Below, piece by piece: positions 18,887-30,068 of a DNA stretch of 64,000 nt (its first letter is position 1; each line of letters opens with the position of its first letter). The translations under genes and the position numbers were made by a program. The notes under the pieces were generated by a model that saw nothing but the letters and a program-made list of their open reading frames with translations, was not told where the DNA came from and did not search any database. The DNA lies in contig JBDKSP010000088.1 of assembly GCA_039680575.1 (NCBI GenBank), positions 63-64,062 on the forward strand. The letters are read 5' to 3'. Origin of the DNA: Armatimonadota bacterium. GTDB lineage: Bacteria > Armatimonadota > UBA5829 > DTLH01.

Positions 18887-20245
18887 ATGACCAGTAAGAC
18901 TCATTTTATCGGCATAGGCGGAGCCGGAATGAGCGCTATAGCGCGTGTGATGCATCACCGCGGCGAAAGCGTTTCAGGTTCTGACCAGAAGAGAAGCACT
19001 ACGACAGACACGCTCTTGTCGGAAGGTATAGATGTAAAAATAGGGCACGATACGGCCAATGTGAAGGGCGCATCGCTTGTGGTCTACTCTGCGGCGGTAC
19101 CGAAAGATAACCCGGAGAGAATGGAAGCCGTGCGGCTGGGAATCCCGGTAATCAGCCGGGCCGAGATGCTGGGGCGATTGATGAAGCCTTATCATCATAG
19201 AATCGCTATCACCGGCACTCACGGCAAAACTACGACCACATCTATGGTCAGTATGGTGCTTTCCGCTGCGGAACTGGACCCGACTGTGCTGATAGGGGGA
19301 GATCTGAACGCCCTCGGCGGGAACGCGCGGGTCGGTGACAAGTCACTTTTTGTTGCGGAAGCCTGCGAAGCATTCAATTCGTTTCTGGACCTCTATCCGA
19401 GCATTGCGGCGATAACCAATATCGACGCCGATCATCTGGACTACCACGGAACGCTTGAAAATATCATCAAGAGCTTCGAAAAGTTCATCAGCCAGGTGGA
19501 CGACGACGGCTGTGTGATAGCCTGCGTAGATGACCCCAATGTCCGCGGTATCCTGAAGAATGTGTCGAAACGGGTCATCGGCTATTCAGTCAACGGAACG
19601 GGTGACATCCGAGCTGAAGATATCTCTGTCGACTCACCCCAGGCAAGCTATGAGCTTGTTAAGGACGGCAAAAAACTTGGTCGCGTAACACTCGGAGTTA
19701 CCGGCATGCAGAATATCGCCAATTCTCTTGCGGCAGCCGCAATCGGGTTCGAGTTGGGCGTGAGTTTCGATGCAATTCGCGCAGGGCTCGCGGATTTCAC
19801 CGGCACGAGCCGCAGGTTCGAGCAGATCAGCACGATAAACGACATTATGATCGTCGACGACTATGCTCACCACCCGACCGAGATCAAAGCGACGCTTACT
19901 TCCGCGCGCGCTGGGTGGCACAGGCGGATCGTGGCGGTCTTCCAGCCGCATCTTTATTCTCGCACTGACTTTTTTGCCAAAGAGTTCGCAGGGAGCCTTT
20001 CGAATGCCGATGTCGTAGTCGTTACCGGTATTTATGCTGCCCGCGAGAAGCCGATAGATGGCGTGACGGCTGAAATGATCGCGAGTAAGATCGACGGCGA
20101 CAAAGTCCACTATATACCGGATAAATCGAAGATAGTGGAGTTCCTGCTGACCGAGATCAGACCCGGAGACATGGTCATCACTATCGGCGCAGGCGACATA
20201 AGGACAGTCGGGGAAGATTTAGCAGTCGAGCTAGGGAACAGGTGA
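18887..20245 (+). CDS. murC: UDP-MurNAc--L-alanine ligase MurC
   Basis: Starts FIGIGGAGMSAIA with P-loop GTHGKTTTTSM. Confidence 0.9.
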   Translation: MTSKTHFIGIGGAGMSAIARVMHHRGESVSGSDQKRSTTTDTLLSEGIDVKIGHDTANVKGASLVVYSAAVPKDNPERMEAVRLGIPVISRAEMLGRLMKPYHHRIAITGTHGKTTTTSMVSMVLSAAELDPTVLIGGDLNALGGNARVGDKSLFVAEACEAFNSFLDLYPSIAAITNIDADHLDYHGTLENIIKSFEKFISQVDDDGCVIACVDDPNVRGILKNVSKRVIGYSVNGTGDIRAEDISVDSPQASYELVKDGKKLGRVTLGVTGMQNIANSLAAAAIGFELGVSFDAIRAGLADFTGTSRRFEQISTINDIMIVDDYAHHPTEIKATLTSARAGWHRRIVAVFQPHLYSRTDFFAKEFAGSLSNADVVVVTGIYAAREKPIDGVTAEMIASKIDGDKVHYIPDKSKIVEFLLTEIRPGDMVITIGAGDIRTVGEDLAVELGNR

Positions 20246-20409
20246 CAGAGAACGGAAAGAATGAAGATTTTCATGCCCAATACCCCTTTAACTGAATGCC
20301 GGAAGCAGGCAAAAACGCTTCATTAGGGACAACCCCCCTGGTGGAAAGCTATATAAACAGAACAGATGCAGTTTAGCACCAGGGGGACAAGGGTTATCGA
20401 TTGCAGCTA

Positions 20410-21678
20410 CTATACGTTTTGCGCCAGCGACTTGATTCGCTGATCGAGCGCTGACTGGTCACTCGCAAAAGATTCCAGCGCCGAAATTGACATAAGGTCG
20501 TCGACAGGCGCTCCATGCCAGCTCGAAAGATCCGGTATCTTCCCCTTTTTACGAATCGCCTGGTGATCTGCTGCTGTCCAGTTGTGGAAGATATTGATAT
20601 TATGCTTATGGCTGAGCTCAACCAGGTCGTCTCCGTGTGTAATTTTGTCGCCCATACTTACTGCATCCTGAGTGAAATCGATAAATGCCTGGTCAATATC
20701 CCATAAATCGTTTATATTGACGGATTTCGCCAAGTTGCTGTCATTCAATTCCACCTGTAGATTCTGTGATTTGTGGAGATAGATGTCATCTTTCCTTATA
20801 TCGAGATCCAGGTATTCTTCTACTGCTTGTATTGGAATGGTGAGGACATCCATTCCTGCCAGTGTAACGATTTGTTGGCCTGATCTTAAGCTGGCAGCGA
20901 TTTGCTCGGTTTTTATGCTGTTGTCCTTCTCACGCAAGTTATTGACAGTTTCATTCGACGCGAGCGCGGCCTTTTCTCCGACATTTTCCGGTGAGCCTAT
21001 ATGGTTTTCTTCTACTACAGAATTCAATCTTCCAAGAAAGACATTAACAAACTTTGGCCGCGAGAAGAGCGTAGCCAGATAGTTCTGTCTGGCCGAAAAT
21101 CCCAGCGTGTAGTTAATCGGAATGTTTTCGCTCGACAGTTTTCTTACAGTTACGAACCCATCCGGTGTCATAGGGACCTTGACGTAGAAGAAATCGGGGC
21201 ATATATCGTAGTATCGCCTTGCGTAGATGCATGACCGATCAACATCGAACCCCAAATCAGGGTGAAGCTCGACACTTACATGCGATCCAAAGCGCTGGAC
21301 CAGGTCCAGCGCGAGCTTTGCATTTACAAGAAATGCCAGCTCGATGACAAGCTCCTGTATTGACATATCGGGGCGGATTTCACGGACCTTTCTCGCTGCG
21401 TAAGTGATGAATCCATCCATTATACCTGTCTGGACCACCTTGTTTACGAGTGTATTGTTAGTTGTAAGCGCTTCCGTTTCCGTGGCCCAGACCTGTCCGG
21501 CTGCGGTCGCGTCACCTGTATCGAGCCAGAGCCGGCTGCCAATCTCGCGGAGCCATTTGAACTTTTCTGTGCTCTCGAATGGGTTCTTATTCGGGCCTTC
21601 GAACCCTTCGAGCGCCAGGTCGTGTATCGTTTTTATGAGTTCAGTGTCTTCTTGTATCTTTGTTTGTTTATTCATCAT
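20410..21678 (-). CDS. transaldolase-family protein (422 aa, longer than canonical TalB)
   Basis: Contains LDTGD and TTNNTLV blocks corresponding to the ADTGD and TTNPSL motifs of transaldolases. Convergent with murC. Confidence 0.55.
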   Translation of the reverse strand: MMNKQTKIQEDTELIKTIHDLALEGFEGPNKNPFESTEKFKWLREIGSRLWLDTGDATAAGQVWATETEALTTNNTLVNKVVQTGIMDGFITYAARKVREIRPDMSIQELVIELAFLVNAKLALDLVQRFGSHVSVELHPDLGFDVDRSCIYARRYYDICPDFFYVKVPMTPDGFVTVRKLSSENIPINYTLGFSARQNYLATLFSRPKFVNVFLGRLNSVVEENHIGSPENVGEKAALASNETVNNLREKDNSIKTEQIAASLRSGQQIVTLAGMDVLTIPIQAVEEYLDLDIRKDDIYLHKSQNLQVELNDSNLAKSVNINDLWDIDQAFIDFTQDAVSMGDKITHGDDLVELSHKHNINIFHNWTAADHQAIRKKGKIPDLSSWHGAPVDDLMSISALESFASDQSALDQRIKSLAQNV

Positions 21679-21811
21679 CTTCTATCACCTGACGGTAAAG
21701 TTGTTTTTCGGACAGATAAAAGTTCTTACCCAGTTTCACCCGAAATATTTAAAATATGGGTAAACTGTAGCTGCTTTACCGGGAAAAGTGCAGCGCATAG
21801 AGGATGGAAGA

Positions 21812-22486
21812 ATGGTTCTAATCGAGGCATCAATCCTTTCAGCCGACCCTATGAGGCTCGGTGAACAGATTAAAGAGGCGGAATCATCTGGAGTAGATGG
21901 ATTTCAGATAGATGTGATGGACGGGCACTTCGTCCCCAATATCACCTTTGGACCGGATGTCGTAAAAGCGATGCGGACAGTTTCTCATAAAATGCTCGAT
22001 GTCCATCTGATGGTTACCGACCCCGACCGCTATCTGGATGCATTTGCGGAAGCAGGTGCGGACCGTATGATCGTCCATGTGGAGGCAAGGTCCAATGCTC
22101 ACCGGGTCTTAAGGGCAATACGCAAACTTGGAATTGAGGCCGGTGTGTCACTCAACCCGGGAACGCCGGTCTGTGAATTGGAAGAGATACTGGACATTGC
22201 CCAGGTTATTCAGGTTATGACGGTGCATCCGGGCTTTGGAGGGCAGGACTTTATCTATAGCCAACTGGATAAGATTCGGCGGATAAAGAAAATGCTCGAA
22301 GATCGCAAGTTGACAATACCCATTGCGGTTGATGGCGGCATAGATACCGCCACTACGCCCGATGCAGTCAAATCCGGGGCTGAGATACTGGTATCGGGCT
22401 CAAGTATTTATAGAGGCAATGCTTCCATTAAGGAAAACATCGCTGCTCTCAGGGCGAGTATTCAAGGGCATACTGAGGAGAGTTGA
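21812..22486 (+). CDS. rpe: ribulose-phosphate 3-epimerase
   Basis: Starts MVLIEASILSADPMRL, with the DVMDGHFVPN motif; GAGGA Shine-Dalgarno upstream of the ATG at 21812. Confidence 0.9.
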   Translation: MVLIEASILSADPMRLGEQIKEAESSGVDGFQIDVMDGHFVPNITFGPDVVKAMRTVSHKMLDVHLMVTDPDRYLDAFAEAGADRMIVHVEARSNAHRVLRAIRKLGIEAGVSLNPGTPVCELEEILDIAQVIQVMTVHPGFGGQDFIYSQLDKIRRIKKMLEDRKLTIPIAVDGGIDTATTPDAVKSGAEILVSGSSIYRGNASIKENIAALRASIQGHTEES

Positions 22487-22628
22487 CTTGCTGCGTCCGT
22501 ATCCACGAGCCGCATACTTTGTCTTCAGCAGCTTCATGTCCAAATGTAATATTATTCACCGGAAACTGCACTGGGTATAAGCATAAAGTGTCTTTTAGAC
22601 TTTGATTCTATTGTAATTGGAGGACACA

Positions 22629-24719
22629 ATGATAGGTAAAAAACCACGTGTCGGTTCCGCCCAAGAATTGGACAATCTGTGCATAAATACCATCCGTTTT
22701 CTATCGGTCGATGCTGTGCAGAAGGCAAACAGCGGGCATCCGGGGTTGCCTCTTGGCGCAGCACCGATGGCTTATGTCCTGTGGGACAGATTCATGAGGT
22801 ATAACCCGGCAAACCCTGCTTGGTTCAATCGTGACCGGTTCATTTTGTCCGCGGGGCATGGCTCTATGCTGCTCTATAGCCTGCTTTACCTCACCGGTTA
22901 TGACCTTCCGCTTGAGCAGATAAAGCAGTTCAGGCAGTGGCATAGCATGACGCCGGGACACTCGGAGAACGTTGCACCGGGAGTAGAAGTGACCACTGGC
23001 CCGCTCGGACAGGGGTTCGCAAACGGTGTGGGACTTGCTATTGCGGAGGCTAACCTGGCTGCGCGGTATAACCGCCCGGGGTTCGATATAGTGGACCATT
23101 ATGTTTATTCGCTCGTAAGCGATGGCGACTTGATGGAAGGCATTTCATCGGAAGCGGGCTCACTCGCAGGGGAACTCAAACTCGGCAAGCTGATATATCT
23201 TTATGATAACAACCATATCACGCTTTCTGCTTCCACCAAACTTGCCTTTACTGAGGACCGCAGGAAGAGATTTGAGGCCTTTGGCTGGCACACTATCACA
23301 GTCGAGGACGGCAACAACCTTAATGCAATAGATAATGCGTTAAGAGAGGCACGCGAACAGAAAGACAGTCCCTCCTTGATCCTTGCAACTACCCACATCG
23401 GTTACGGGTCGCCTAATAAGCAGGATACTGTCGAAGCTCATGGCTCTCCGCTTGGTGAAGAAGAGGTCGAACTGACCAAAGAAAACCTTGGCTGGCCTGT
23501 TGAGCCTGCGTTCTATGTTCCGGATGAGGCGCTCGATCACTTCCGGCAGGCTGTGGATCGTGGGAGAAATTACGAAGACGAATGGAACAGGAAAATGGAG
23601 GATTACGAAGAGTCTTTTCCAGATCTTGCGGAAGAACTGCGTGGAATGATCGCGGGCAAGTTGCCGGATGGCTGGGACTCCGATATTCCCGCATTTCCAC
23701 CTGATACCAAGGGGATGGCGACCCGTGTGGCCTCCGGCAAGGTGATGAATGCCATTGCGCCGAAACTTCCTTTGTTGATCGGCGGTTCGGCGGACCTGAA
23801 CCCATCGACGTATACAGCGCTCACAGGACTGGGGGATTTCCAATCGCCTGATACTGCTGATGGCAGTGCGCAGGGCGCAGTTGGTGGCGTCTGGAGCTAC
23901 GCCGGACGCAATATTGCTTACGGTGTTCGAGAGCATGCAATGGGCGCTATCTCGAACGGTATTGCTGCACATGCAGGACTCCTGCCGTTTTGTGCTACAT
24001 TCCTGATTTTTGCCGACTATATGCGCCCTTCGATGCGGCTTGCCGCGCTTTCCAATGACCATGTGATCTATGTGCTGACTCACGACAGTATCTGGCTCGG
24101 AGAAGACGGCCCGACGCATCAGCCGGTGGAGCAACTCGCTAATTTGCGGGCGATTCCACGAATGGTAGTCATTCGTCCATGTGATGCCAATGAAACAGTT
24201 GTAGCGTGGAAGGTGGCGATTGAGACACGGGACAGACCGGTTGCGCTTATCCTGACGAGGCAGAATGTTCCGACACTGGAGAGAGGAAAATACGCTTCCG
24301 CTGATAACCTGAGGCGCGGGGCGTATGTTTTGTCCGACCCGCCGAACGGCGAACCCGATATAATCCTCATTGCAACAGGATCGGAAGTAAACCTGATAGT
24401 GCAGGCGCAGGAGAGACTGTTTCAGGACGGTATAAACGCGCGCATAGTGTCCATGCCGAGTTGGGAACTCTTCGATAGAGAACCCCAGGATTACCGGGAC
24501 TCTGTGCTGTCTCCATCAGTTACAGCCAGACTCGCGGTTGAGGCTGGTTCCCCGCAGGGTTGGTGTAATTACACCGGCGATAAGGGGGATGTGATCGGTC
24601 TGATTCACTTTGGAGCGTCGGCTCCGGCGGATAAAATCACGCGGGAGTTTGGTTTTACTGTAGAAAACGTCTATGAGTGCGCGAAGCGTCTGGTAGACGG
24701 CAGCGGAAGGAGAAAATGA
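22629..24719 (+). CDS. tkt: transketolase
   Basis: N-terminal thiamine-diphosphate domain ([13 protein letters not shown]), pyrimidine-binding and C-terminal domains. GGAGGA Shine-Dalgarno upstream. Confidence 0.9.
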   Translation: MIGKKPRVGSAQELDNLCINTIRFLSVDAVQKANSGHPGLPLGAAPMAYVLWDRFMRYNPANPAWFNRDRFILSAGHGSMLLYSLLYLTGYDLPLEQIKQFRQWHSMTPGHSENVAPGVEVTTGPLGQGFANGVGLAIAEANLAARYNRPGFDIVDHYVYSLVSDGDLMEGISSEAGSLAGELKLGKLIYLYDNNHITLSASTKLAFTEDRRKRFEAFGWHTITVEDGNNLNAIDNALREAREQKDSPSLILATTHIGYGSPNKQDTVEAHGSPLGEEEVELTKENLGWPVEPAFYVPDEALDHFRQAVDRGRNYEDEWNRKMEDYEESFPDLAEELRGMIAGKLPDGWDSDIPAFPPDTKGMATRVASGKVMNAIAPKLPLLIGGSADLNPSTYTALTGLGDFQSPDTADGSAQGAVGGVWSYAGRNIAYGVREHAMGAISNGIAAHAGLLPFCATFLIFADYMRPSMRLAALSNDHVIYVLTHDSIWLGEDGPTHQPVEQLANLRAIPRMVVIRPCDANETVVAWKVAIETRDRPVALILTRQNVPTLERGKYASADNLRRGAYVLSDPPNGEPDIILIATGSEVNLIVQAQERLFQDGINARIVSMPSWELFDREPQDYRDSVLSPSVTARLAVEAGSPQGWCNYTGDKGDVIGLIHFGASAPADKITREFGFTVENVYECAKRLVDGSGRRK

Positions 24720-25189
24720 TGCTTTTAGGAATTGCAGTAGACCATGGGGGGTTCATCCTGAAAGACCGGCTGGTCCAGGATCTGGAAATGGAAGGCCATG
24801 AAGTAATCGATTTTGGTGCAGAAGAGTTAACGCCGAATGATGATTTCCCAGACTTCGTCATACCGCTCGCAAGAGCCGTCGCAAAGGGAGAGGTAGAGCG
24901 GGGAATCGCTCTATGCGGAAGCGGTGTCGGGGCGGCAATTGCAGCGAACAAGATCCCAAATGCCCGGGCGGCGCTCGTGACTGACTGTTTTTCCGCTCAT
25001 CAGGGAGTGGAAGACGACGATATGAATATTATCTGCCTGGGCGGGCGTGTAACCGGATATAATCTTGCGCTTGATCTGATAATGGCCTTTCTGAACGCGC
25101 GCTTTGTCGGCGCTGAGCGTTTCTGCCGCAGGCTTGCAAAGATAGCCGATGTGGAGTGTGACAGATACGCGAACATGGATATGAATTAG
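24716..25189 (+). CDS. rpiB: ribose-5-phosphate isomerase B
   Basis: RpiB/LacAB fold ([21 protein letters not shown]). Its ATG overlaps the tkt stop (ATGATGA). Confidence 0.9.
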   Translation: MMLLGIAVDHGGFILKDRLVQDLEMEGHEVIDFGAEELTPNDDFPDFVIPLARAVAKGEVERGIALCGSGVGAAIAANKIPNARAALVTDCFSAHQGVEDDDMNIICLGGRVTGYNLALDLIMAFLNARFVGAERFCRRLAKIADVECDRYANMDMN

Positions 25190-25400
25190 CGATGATCGGT
25201 CTTGGTGTGATGGGCGGCAGTCTCGTGCAACATGTCTGATATGGGCACAGGGTAGCCGGCGACGGACTCTATAGCTGTTGCGGTATTAATAGCTTAATTG
25301 AATGGTACAACCTTTCCCGCTGCAAAAGCGGAAGCATCTGAGAGCTGTTTTTGGGCAGTACCCTGTGGGTAAAGAAAACACTAAAAGGAGGGAAACCATC

Positions 25401-26864
25401 ATGTCAGTTCAAGTTCAGGTAGAGCGGCTTCCAATAAGGATCGAGCCTGATCCAAGGCATGTGCTTTCCCGGTTTTTCCCAGCGGATGAGCAGCAGACCC
25501 GCAGGCGAATCTCCCGTGTGATAGCTCTATCGGAAGACGATACAGAACGCATTCTGTCGCAGTTAGTTGAGCAGTATACCGGCGAGCATTACGACATTAC
25601 TGCAGTCTGGCAGGAGAATTTTCACCGCGTTGAGTCTATGCTGCCGGAAAACTGCCCTAGTTTGAGCCAGGCTCGGCAGCAACTCATCGGTGCTTACTTC
25701 ACAATGGACTATGCGGTCGAAGCAGTGGCATTATTTAACCCATCTATCGTCGAAGCAATAGACCAGAGTGGCATGAGCCCAGGCTCAACGCGTTTTGGAA
25801 TGAGTCTCAGGGCTGTCGGTGAGGGACATGTATCATCTATCGTAATGCGAAACGGCGTGATTGACGCCGACAATAACATCACGCTGGATAGACCATCTGC
25901 GACTCGCCGTGCGCTTGTGGAGGAAGTCAATCCTGAGTTTCAAACAGCACTGATCCGGCGCACACTCCAAAATTTGGGAGCGTTGGGCAATCTGGAGGAA
26001 CTGGTCTTGGACCGATCTGGTGAAATGGTGAGTCTGGCCGAAGTCTACAGCGAACTTGAACGCGTGCGGGAGGAGGTTTCCTCACCTGCACAGTGGCAGC
26101 AGGCAAGAGACAACCTCGTCTCTCTCATGGAATCAAACTACAGGCTGAAGATCCCGGAAGGCGCGGGCTTGTCGGAATTGGTGATCTTTCCGGTCTCACA
26201 GAACGAGAGCCGCGGCATAGAAGACTTGCGGTTGGTGAAATTCACCGAAGACAGTGGTAATGTCACCATCTGCGGGACCTATACAGCCTTTAACGGATAC
26301 ACCATTTTCCCGACGATGCTGGTCGTCCGTGGAAACGGGAGCGTGCAGAGCCACACAATGTCCGGACGCCACGCACAGAACAAGGGAATGGCGCTTTTCC
26401 CCAGAAAGATCAACGGTAAATTCGTAATGTCCGGGCGGCTCGATGGGGAGAACCTCTATATTATGGAGTCGGATAACCCTCTGGTATGGAACGAGGGCCG
26501 AATATCGCAAAAACCGAAGTACTGGTGGCAGTTTTCGGTGATTGGCAACTGCGGTTCACCCATCGAAACCAAAGACGGGTGGTTGATGCTCACTCACGGA
26601 GTCGGGCCGATGCGGCAGTATTCTATTGGTGCTGTGCTCCTTGATCTCGAAGACCCGACACGGATCATCGGAGAACTTGAGGAGCCGCTGATCTCGCCGT
26701 CGGAAGATGAGCGCGTGGGTTATGTGCCCAATGTTGTGTATACATGCGGCGCTATGGTGCATAACAGTTCGCTCATCATTCCTTATGCAGTCAGCGATGT
26801 AGTCACCAAGTTTGCGCGAGTGGACCTGGAGGAACTGCTCTCTGCGCTCCGTTCACATGGGTGA
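25401..26864 (+). CDS. GH130-family glycoside phosphorylase-like protein with a ~270-aa N-terminal extension of unknown function
   Basis: The C-terminal ~250 aa show GH130-type blocks (RGIEDLRLV, TYTAFNG, GWLMLTHGVG, LLDLEDP, YVPNVVYTCGAM). AAGGAGG Shine-Dalgarno upstream. The N-terminal domain was not recognised. Confidence 0.5.
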   Translation: MSVQVQVERLPIRIEPDPRHVLSRFFPADEQQTRRRISRVIALSEDDTERILSQLVEQYTGEHYDITAVWQENFHRVESMLPENCPSLSQARQQLIGAYFTMDYAVEAVALFNPSIVEAIDQSGMSPGSTRFGMSLRAVGEGHVSSIVMRNGVIDADNNITLDRPSATRRALVEEVNPEFQTALIRRTLQNLGALGNLEELVLDRSGEMVSLAEVYSELERVREEVSSPAQWQQARDNLVSLMESNYRLKIPEGAGLSELVIFPVSQNESRGIEDLRLVKFTEDSGNVTICGTYTAFNGYTIFPTMLVVRGNGSVQSHTMSGRHAQNKGMALFPRKINGKFVMSGRLDGENLYIMESDNPLVWNEGRISQKPKYWWQFSVIGNCGSPIETKDGWLMLTHGVGPMRQYSIGAVLLDLEDPTRIIGELEEPLISPSEDERVGYVPNVVYTCGAMVHNSSLIIPYAVSDVVTKFARVDLEELLSALRSHG

Positions 26865-26960
26865 AATAACTTCAACAATTCATGGATGAGAGCAGCCATA
26901 ATAAGGGTATAGATTTGTTTGTGTGACAGCAACCAAATTTACATAGATAGGAGCAGGTAA

Positions 26961-29372
26961 ATGGAGACAAAAACAAAAAAAAGACAGGCTCTGGCGGGGC
27001 CTTTGACAGAAGACGAACTGAGAAGAATGAATGCCTACTGGCGTGCTGCAAACTACTTATCAGTAGGCCAGATCTATCTGATGGATAATCCTCTCTTGAA
27101 GAGGCCTTTATCCATTAAAGATGTCAAACCGAGGCTTTTGGGACATTGGGGAACCACTCCGGGGCTGAATTTTATTTATGTTCACCTCAATCGGCTCATC
27201 AAGGAGCGCGACCTGGACATGATCTATCTCTGTGGACCCGGACACGGTGGCCCTGGAATAGTCGCCAATGTCTATCTTGAGGGCACATACAGCGAGGTCT
27301 ATCCTGAGGTATCGCAGGATGAGGATGGTATGAAGAGACTCTTCAAGCAGTTTTCTTTTCCTGGCGGTATCCCGAGCCACGTCGCACCGGAGACACCGGG
27401 TTCCATTCATGAGGGAGGCGAACTTGGCTACTCGGTTTCTCACGCATTTGGAGCGGCATTCGACAATCCCGACCTGATAGTAGCATGTGTTGTGGGCGAT
27501 GGAGAAGCGGAGACTGGTCCGCTCGCCGCTGCATGGCACTCCACCAAGTTCCTTAACCCTGTGTCCGATGGTGCGGTGCTGCCGATTTTGCATCTGAACG
27601 GATATAAGATCAACAACCCTACCATACTTGCAAGAGTAAGCGAAAAGGAACTTGAGGACCTGTTCACAGGCTATGGTTATAAGCCATATTTCGTTGAAGG
27701 TTCTGATCCGGCTGCAATGCATCAGAAGATGGCGCAGACCCTGGAAGAAGTCATCTCTGAAATCAAGACGATACAGCATGAAGCCCGCATGAGCGGCGAA
27801 GCTGAACGTCCATTCTGGCCTATGATTATTCTTCGCACTCCTAAAGGGTGGACAGGGCCAAAGGAAGTGGATGGTAAGAAAACTGAGGACTTCTGGCGCT
27901 CTCATCAGGTGCCGATGGCCGATATGGTCGAGAAACCGGAACATGTCAAGGTGCTCGAAGGCTGGATGAAGAGCTATCATCCCGAAGAACTCTTTGACAG
28001 CAACGGCAAGCTATTCCCTGAGATTGCTGACCTGGCGCCTAAGGGACAGCGGCGGATGGGTGCAAACCCTCATGCTAACGGAGGCGTATTGCTAAGAGAT
28101 CTCAAGATGCCGGATTATCACGATTATGCCGTGGATGTTCCAAGTCCGGGTGCTGTGGATGGTGAATCCGCCAAAATAGCGGGTGCGTTCCTCCGGGATG
28201 TAATGAGGAACAACATGTCCAATTTCCGTGTGATGGGGCCCGATGAAACAGCGTCAAACCGTTTGAGCGCTTTGTTCGAGGTGACTGACCGGACATGGAT
28301 GGCTGATATATATCCTTATGACGATCATCTTTCGCCTGACGGACGGGTAATGGAGATTTTGAGTGAAACCACCTGCGAAGGATGGCTGGAAGGGTATCTT
28401 TTGACCGGAAGACATGGTCTTTTCAACTGCTATGAAGCGTTCATCCACATCGTGGACTCAATGTTCAACCAGCACGCGAAATGGCTCAAGGTGTCCAAGC
28501 ACATTCCATGGCGAAGGCCGGTAGCGTCGCTTAACTACTTCCTGGCATCTCACGTCTGGAGGCAGGATCACAACGGATTTTCGCACCAGGATCCGGGGTT
28601 TATAGACCTTGTGGTGAACAAAAAGGCGGATGTTGTCCGTGTATACCTTCCACCAGATGCCAACACACTTCTGTGTGTTACCGACCAGTGCCTGAGAAGC
28701 CGCGATTTTATCAACGTGGTTGTAGCCGGGAAGCATCCTGCCCCGCAGTGGCTCGATATGGACGCAGCTATCAAGCATGTTGCATCAGGAATCGGAATAT
28801 GGGAATGGGCATCGAACGATAAGGGAACCGAACCGGATGTTGTGATGGCCTGCGCGGGAGACATACCGACCATGGAGACGCTTGCTGCGGTTGACATACT
28901 CCGAAAGAATCTGCCTGACCTGAAAATCCGCGTTATAAATGTGGTTGACCTGATGACGCTTCAGCCGAAAGAGGAACATCCGCATGGTCTCTCGGACAAG
29001 GACTTCGACAACCTGTTCACAACGGATAAACCGATCATATTTGCCTATCATGGCTATCCGTGGCTGATACACCGGCTGGCTTACAGGCGGACTAATCACA
29101 AGAACCTGCATGTCCGAGGTTACAAGGAAGAAGGTACGACCACGACACCGTTCGACATGCTTGTTCTAAACGATATGGACAGGTATCACCTGGTGAGCGA
29201 CGTGATCGACAGAGTGCCGAAGCTGGGATATCTGGCAGCATATGTCAAGCAGATGCTGAGAGACAAGCTGGTCGAGCATAAAGAATATATCACACAGTAT
29301 GGAGAAGACATGCCGGATATTCGCAACTGGAGATGGCAGCGAGAGATAGGTGAGACTGAGAATTTAGATTAA
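26961..29372 (+). CDS. xfp: xylulose-5-phosphate/fructose-6-phosphate phosphoketolase
   Basis: ~800-aa thiamine-diphosphate enzyme with the hallmark N-terminus ([15 protein letters not shown]...[19 protein letters not shown]...[10 protein letters not shown]). Confidence 0.9.
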   Translation: METKTKKRQALAGPLTEDELRRMNAYWRAANYLSVGQIYLMDNPLLKRPLSIKDVKPRLLGHWGTTPGLNFIYVHLNRLIKERDLDMIYLCGPGHGGPGIVANVYLEGTYSEVYPEVSQDEDGMKRLFKQFSFPGGIPSHVAPETPGSIHEGGELGYSVSHAFGAAFDNPDLIVACVVGDGEAETGPLAAAWHSTKFLNPVSDGAVLPILHLNGYKINNPTILARVSEKELEDLFTGYGYKPYFVEGSDPAAMHQKMAQTLEEVISEIKTIQHEARMSGEAERPFWPMIILRTPKGWTGPKEVDGKKTEDFWRSHQVPMADMVEKPEHVKVLEGWMKSYHPEELFDSNGKLFPEIADLAPKGQRRMGANPHANGGVLLRDLKMPDYHDYAVDVPSPGAVDGESAKIAGAFLRDVMRNNMSNFRVMGPDETASNRLSALFEVTDRTWMADIYPYDDHLSPDGRVMEILSETTCEGWLEGYLLTGRHGLFNCYEAFIHIVDSMFNQHAKWLKVSKHIPWRRPVASLNYFLASHVWRQDHNGFSHQDPGFIDLVVNKKADVVRVYLPPDANTLLCVTDQCLRSRDFINVVVAGKHPAPQWLDMDAAIKHVASGIGIWEWASNDKGTEPDVVMACAGDIPTMETLAAVDILRKNLPDLKIRVINVVDLMTLQPKEEHPHGLSDKDFDNLFTTDKPIIFAYHGYPWLIHRLAYRRTNHKNLHVRGYKEEGTTTTPFDMLVLNDMDRYHLVSDVIDRVPKLGYLAAYVKQMLRDKLVEHKEYITQYGEDMPDIRNWRWQREIGETENLD

Positions 29373-29397
29373 CACAGCAATTCGGAGGGTTGGTCAA

Positions 29398-30015
29398 ATG
29401 GCATCGACGGATGTAAAGGCTTTTCTACTGGACATCGGAGGAGTACTCCTTACAAAAGGCTGGGACCGGGATGCGCGTAAGCGCGCTGCAGCCAGGTTCA
29501 GTCTCGATATGGAAGAGATGTCGGAACGGCATAATGTCGTTTTTCAGACTTATGAGACAGGCCGCATTTCACTGGACGAGTATCTGCGAAGAATTGTGTT
29601 CTACAAGGAACGTGATTTCTCGCCTGATGAGTTCAAGGAGTTTATCTTCGAGCAGTCGCAGCCGTATCCGGAGATGATTGACTTCACTAAACGGATAAAA
29701 GCGAAATACAACCTGAAAACGGTTGCGCTTAGTAACGAAGGGCGGGAGATCACTATGCACCGCATCAAAAAGTTCGATCTCCCGTCCATTCTGGACTTCT
29801 TCGTCTTCTCATGCTTTGTGAGGACCAGAAAACCTGACCCGGCAATATACAGTTTTGCCATGGACCAGGTTCAGTTGGATATGCATGAAGTTGTCTATAT
29901 TGATGACACTCCGATCCTTTGTGAAGTAGCTGTAGAACTCGGCATACCAACGATATGCCACTCCGATGTTGCTGCCACAAGGGCGGAGCTGGAAAAATAC
30001 GGTTTGACATTATAG
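29398..30015 (+). CDS. HAD-superfamily hydrolase (subfamily IA-like)
   Basis: Motif I LDIGGVL and a C-terminal VYIDDT motif. Confidence 0.7.
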   Translation: MASTDVKAFLLDIGGVLLTKGWDRDARKRAAARFSLDMEEMSERHNVVFQTYETGRISLDEYLRRIVFYKERDFSPDEFKEFIFEQSQPYPEMIDFTKRIKAKYNLKTVALSNEGREITMHRIKKFDLPSILDFFVFSCFVRTRKPDPAIYSFAMDQVQLDMHEVVYIDDTPILCEVAVELGIPTICHSDVAATRAELEKYGLTL

Positions 30016-30068
30016 ATTTTCGGCTACAGCCGAAAATATTTTGTTAGGTTGGTGCAAAGGAAAAGGCT

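Noticed and set aside
27108-27980. 290-aa minus-strand ORF
   Set aside because: Antisense to the phosphoketolase gene.
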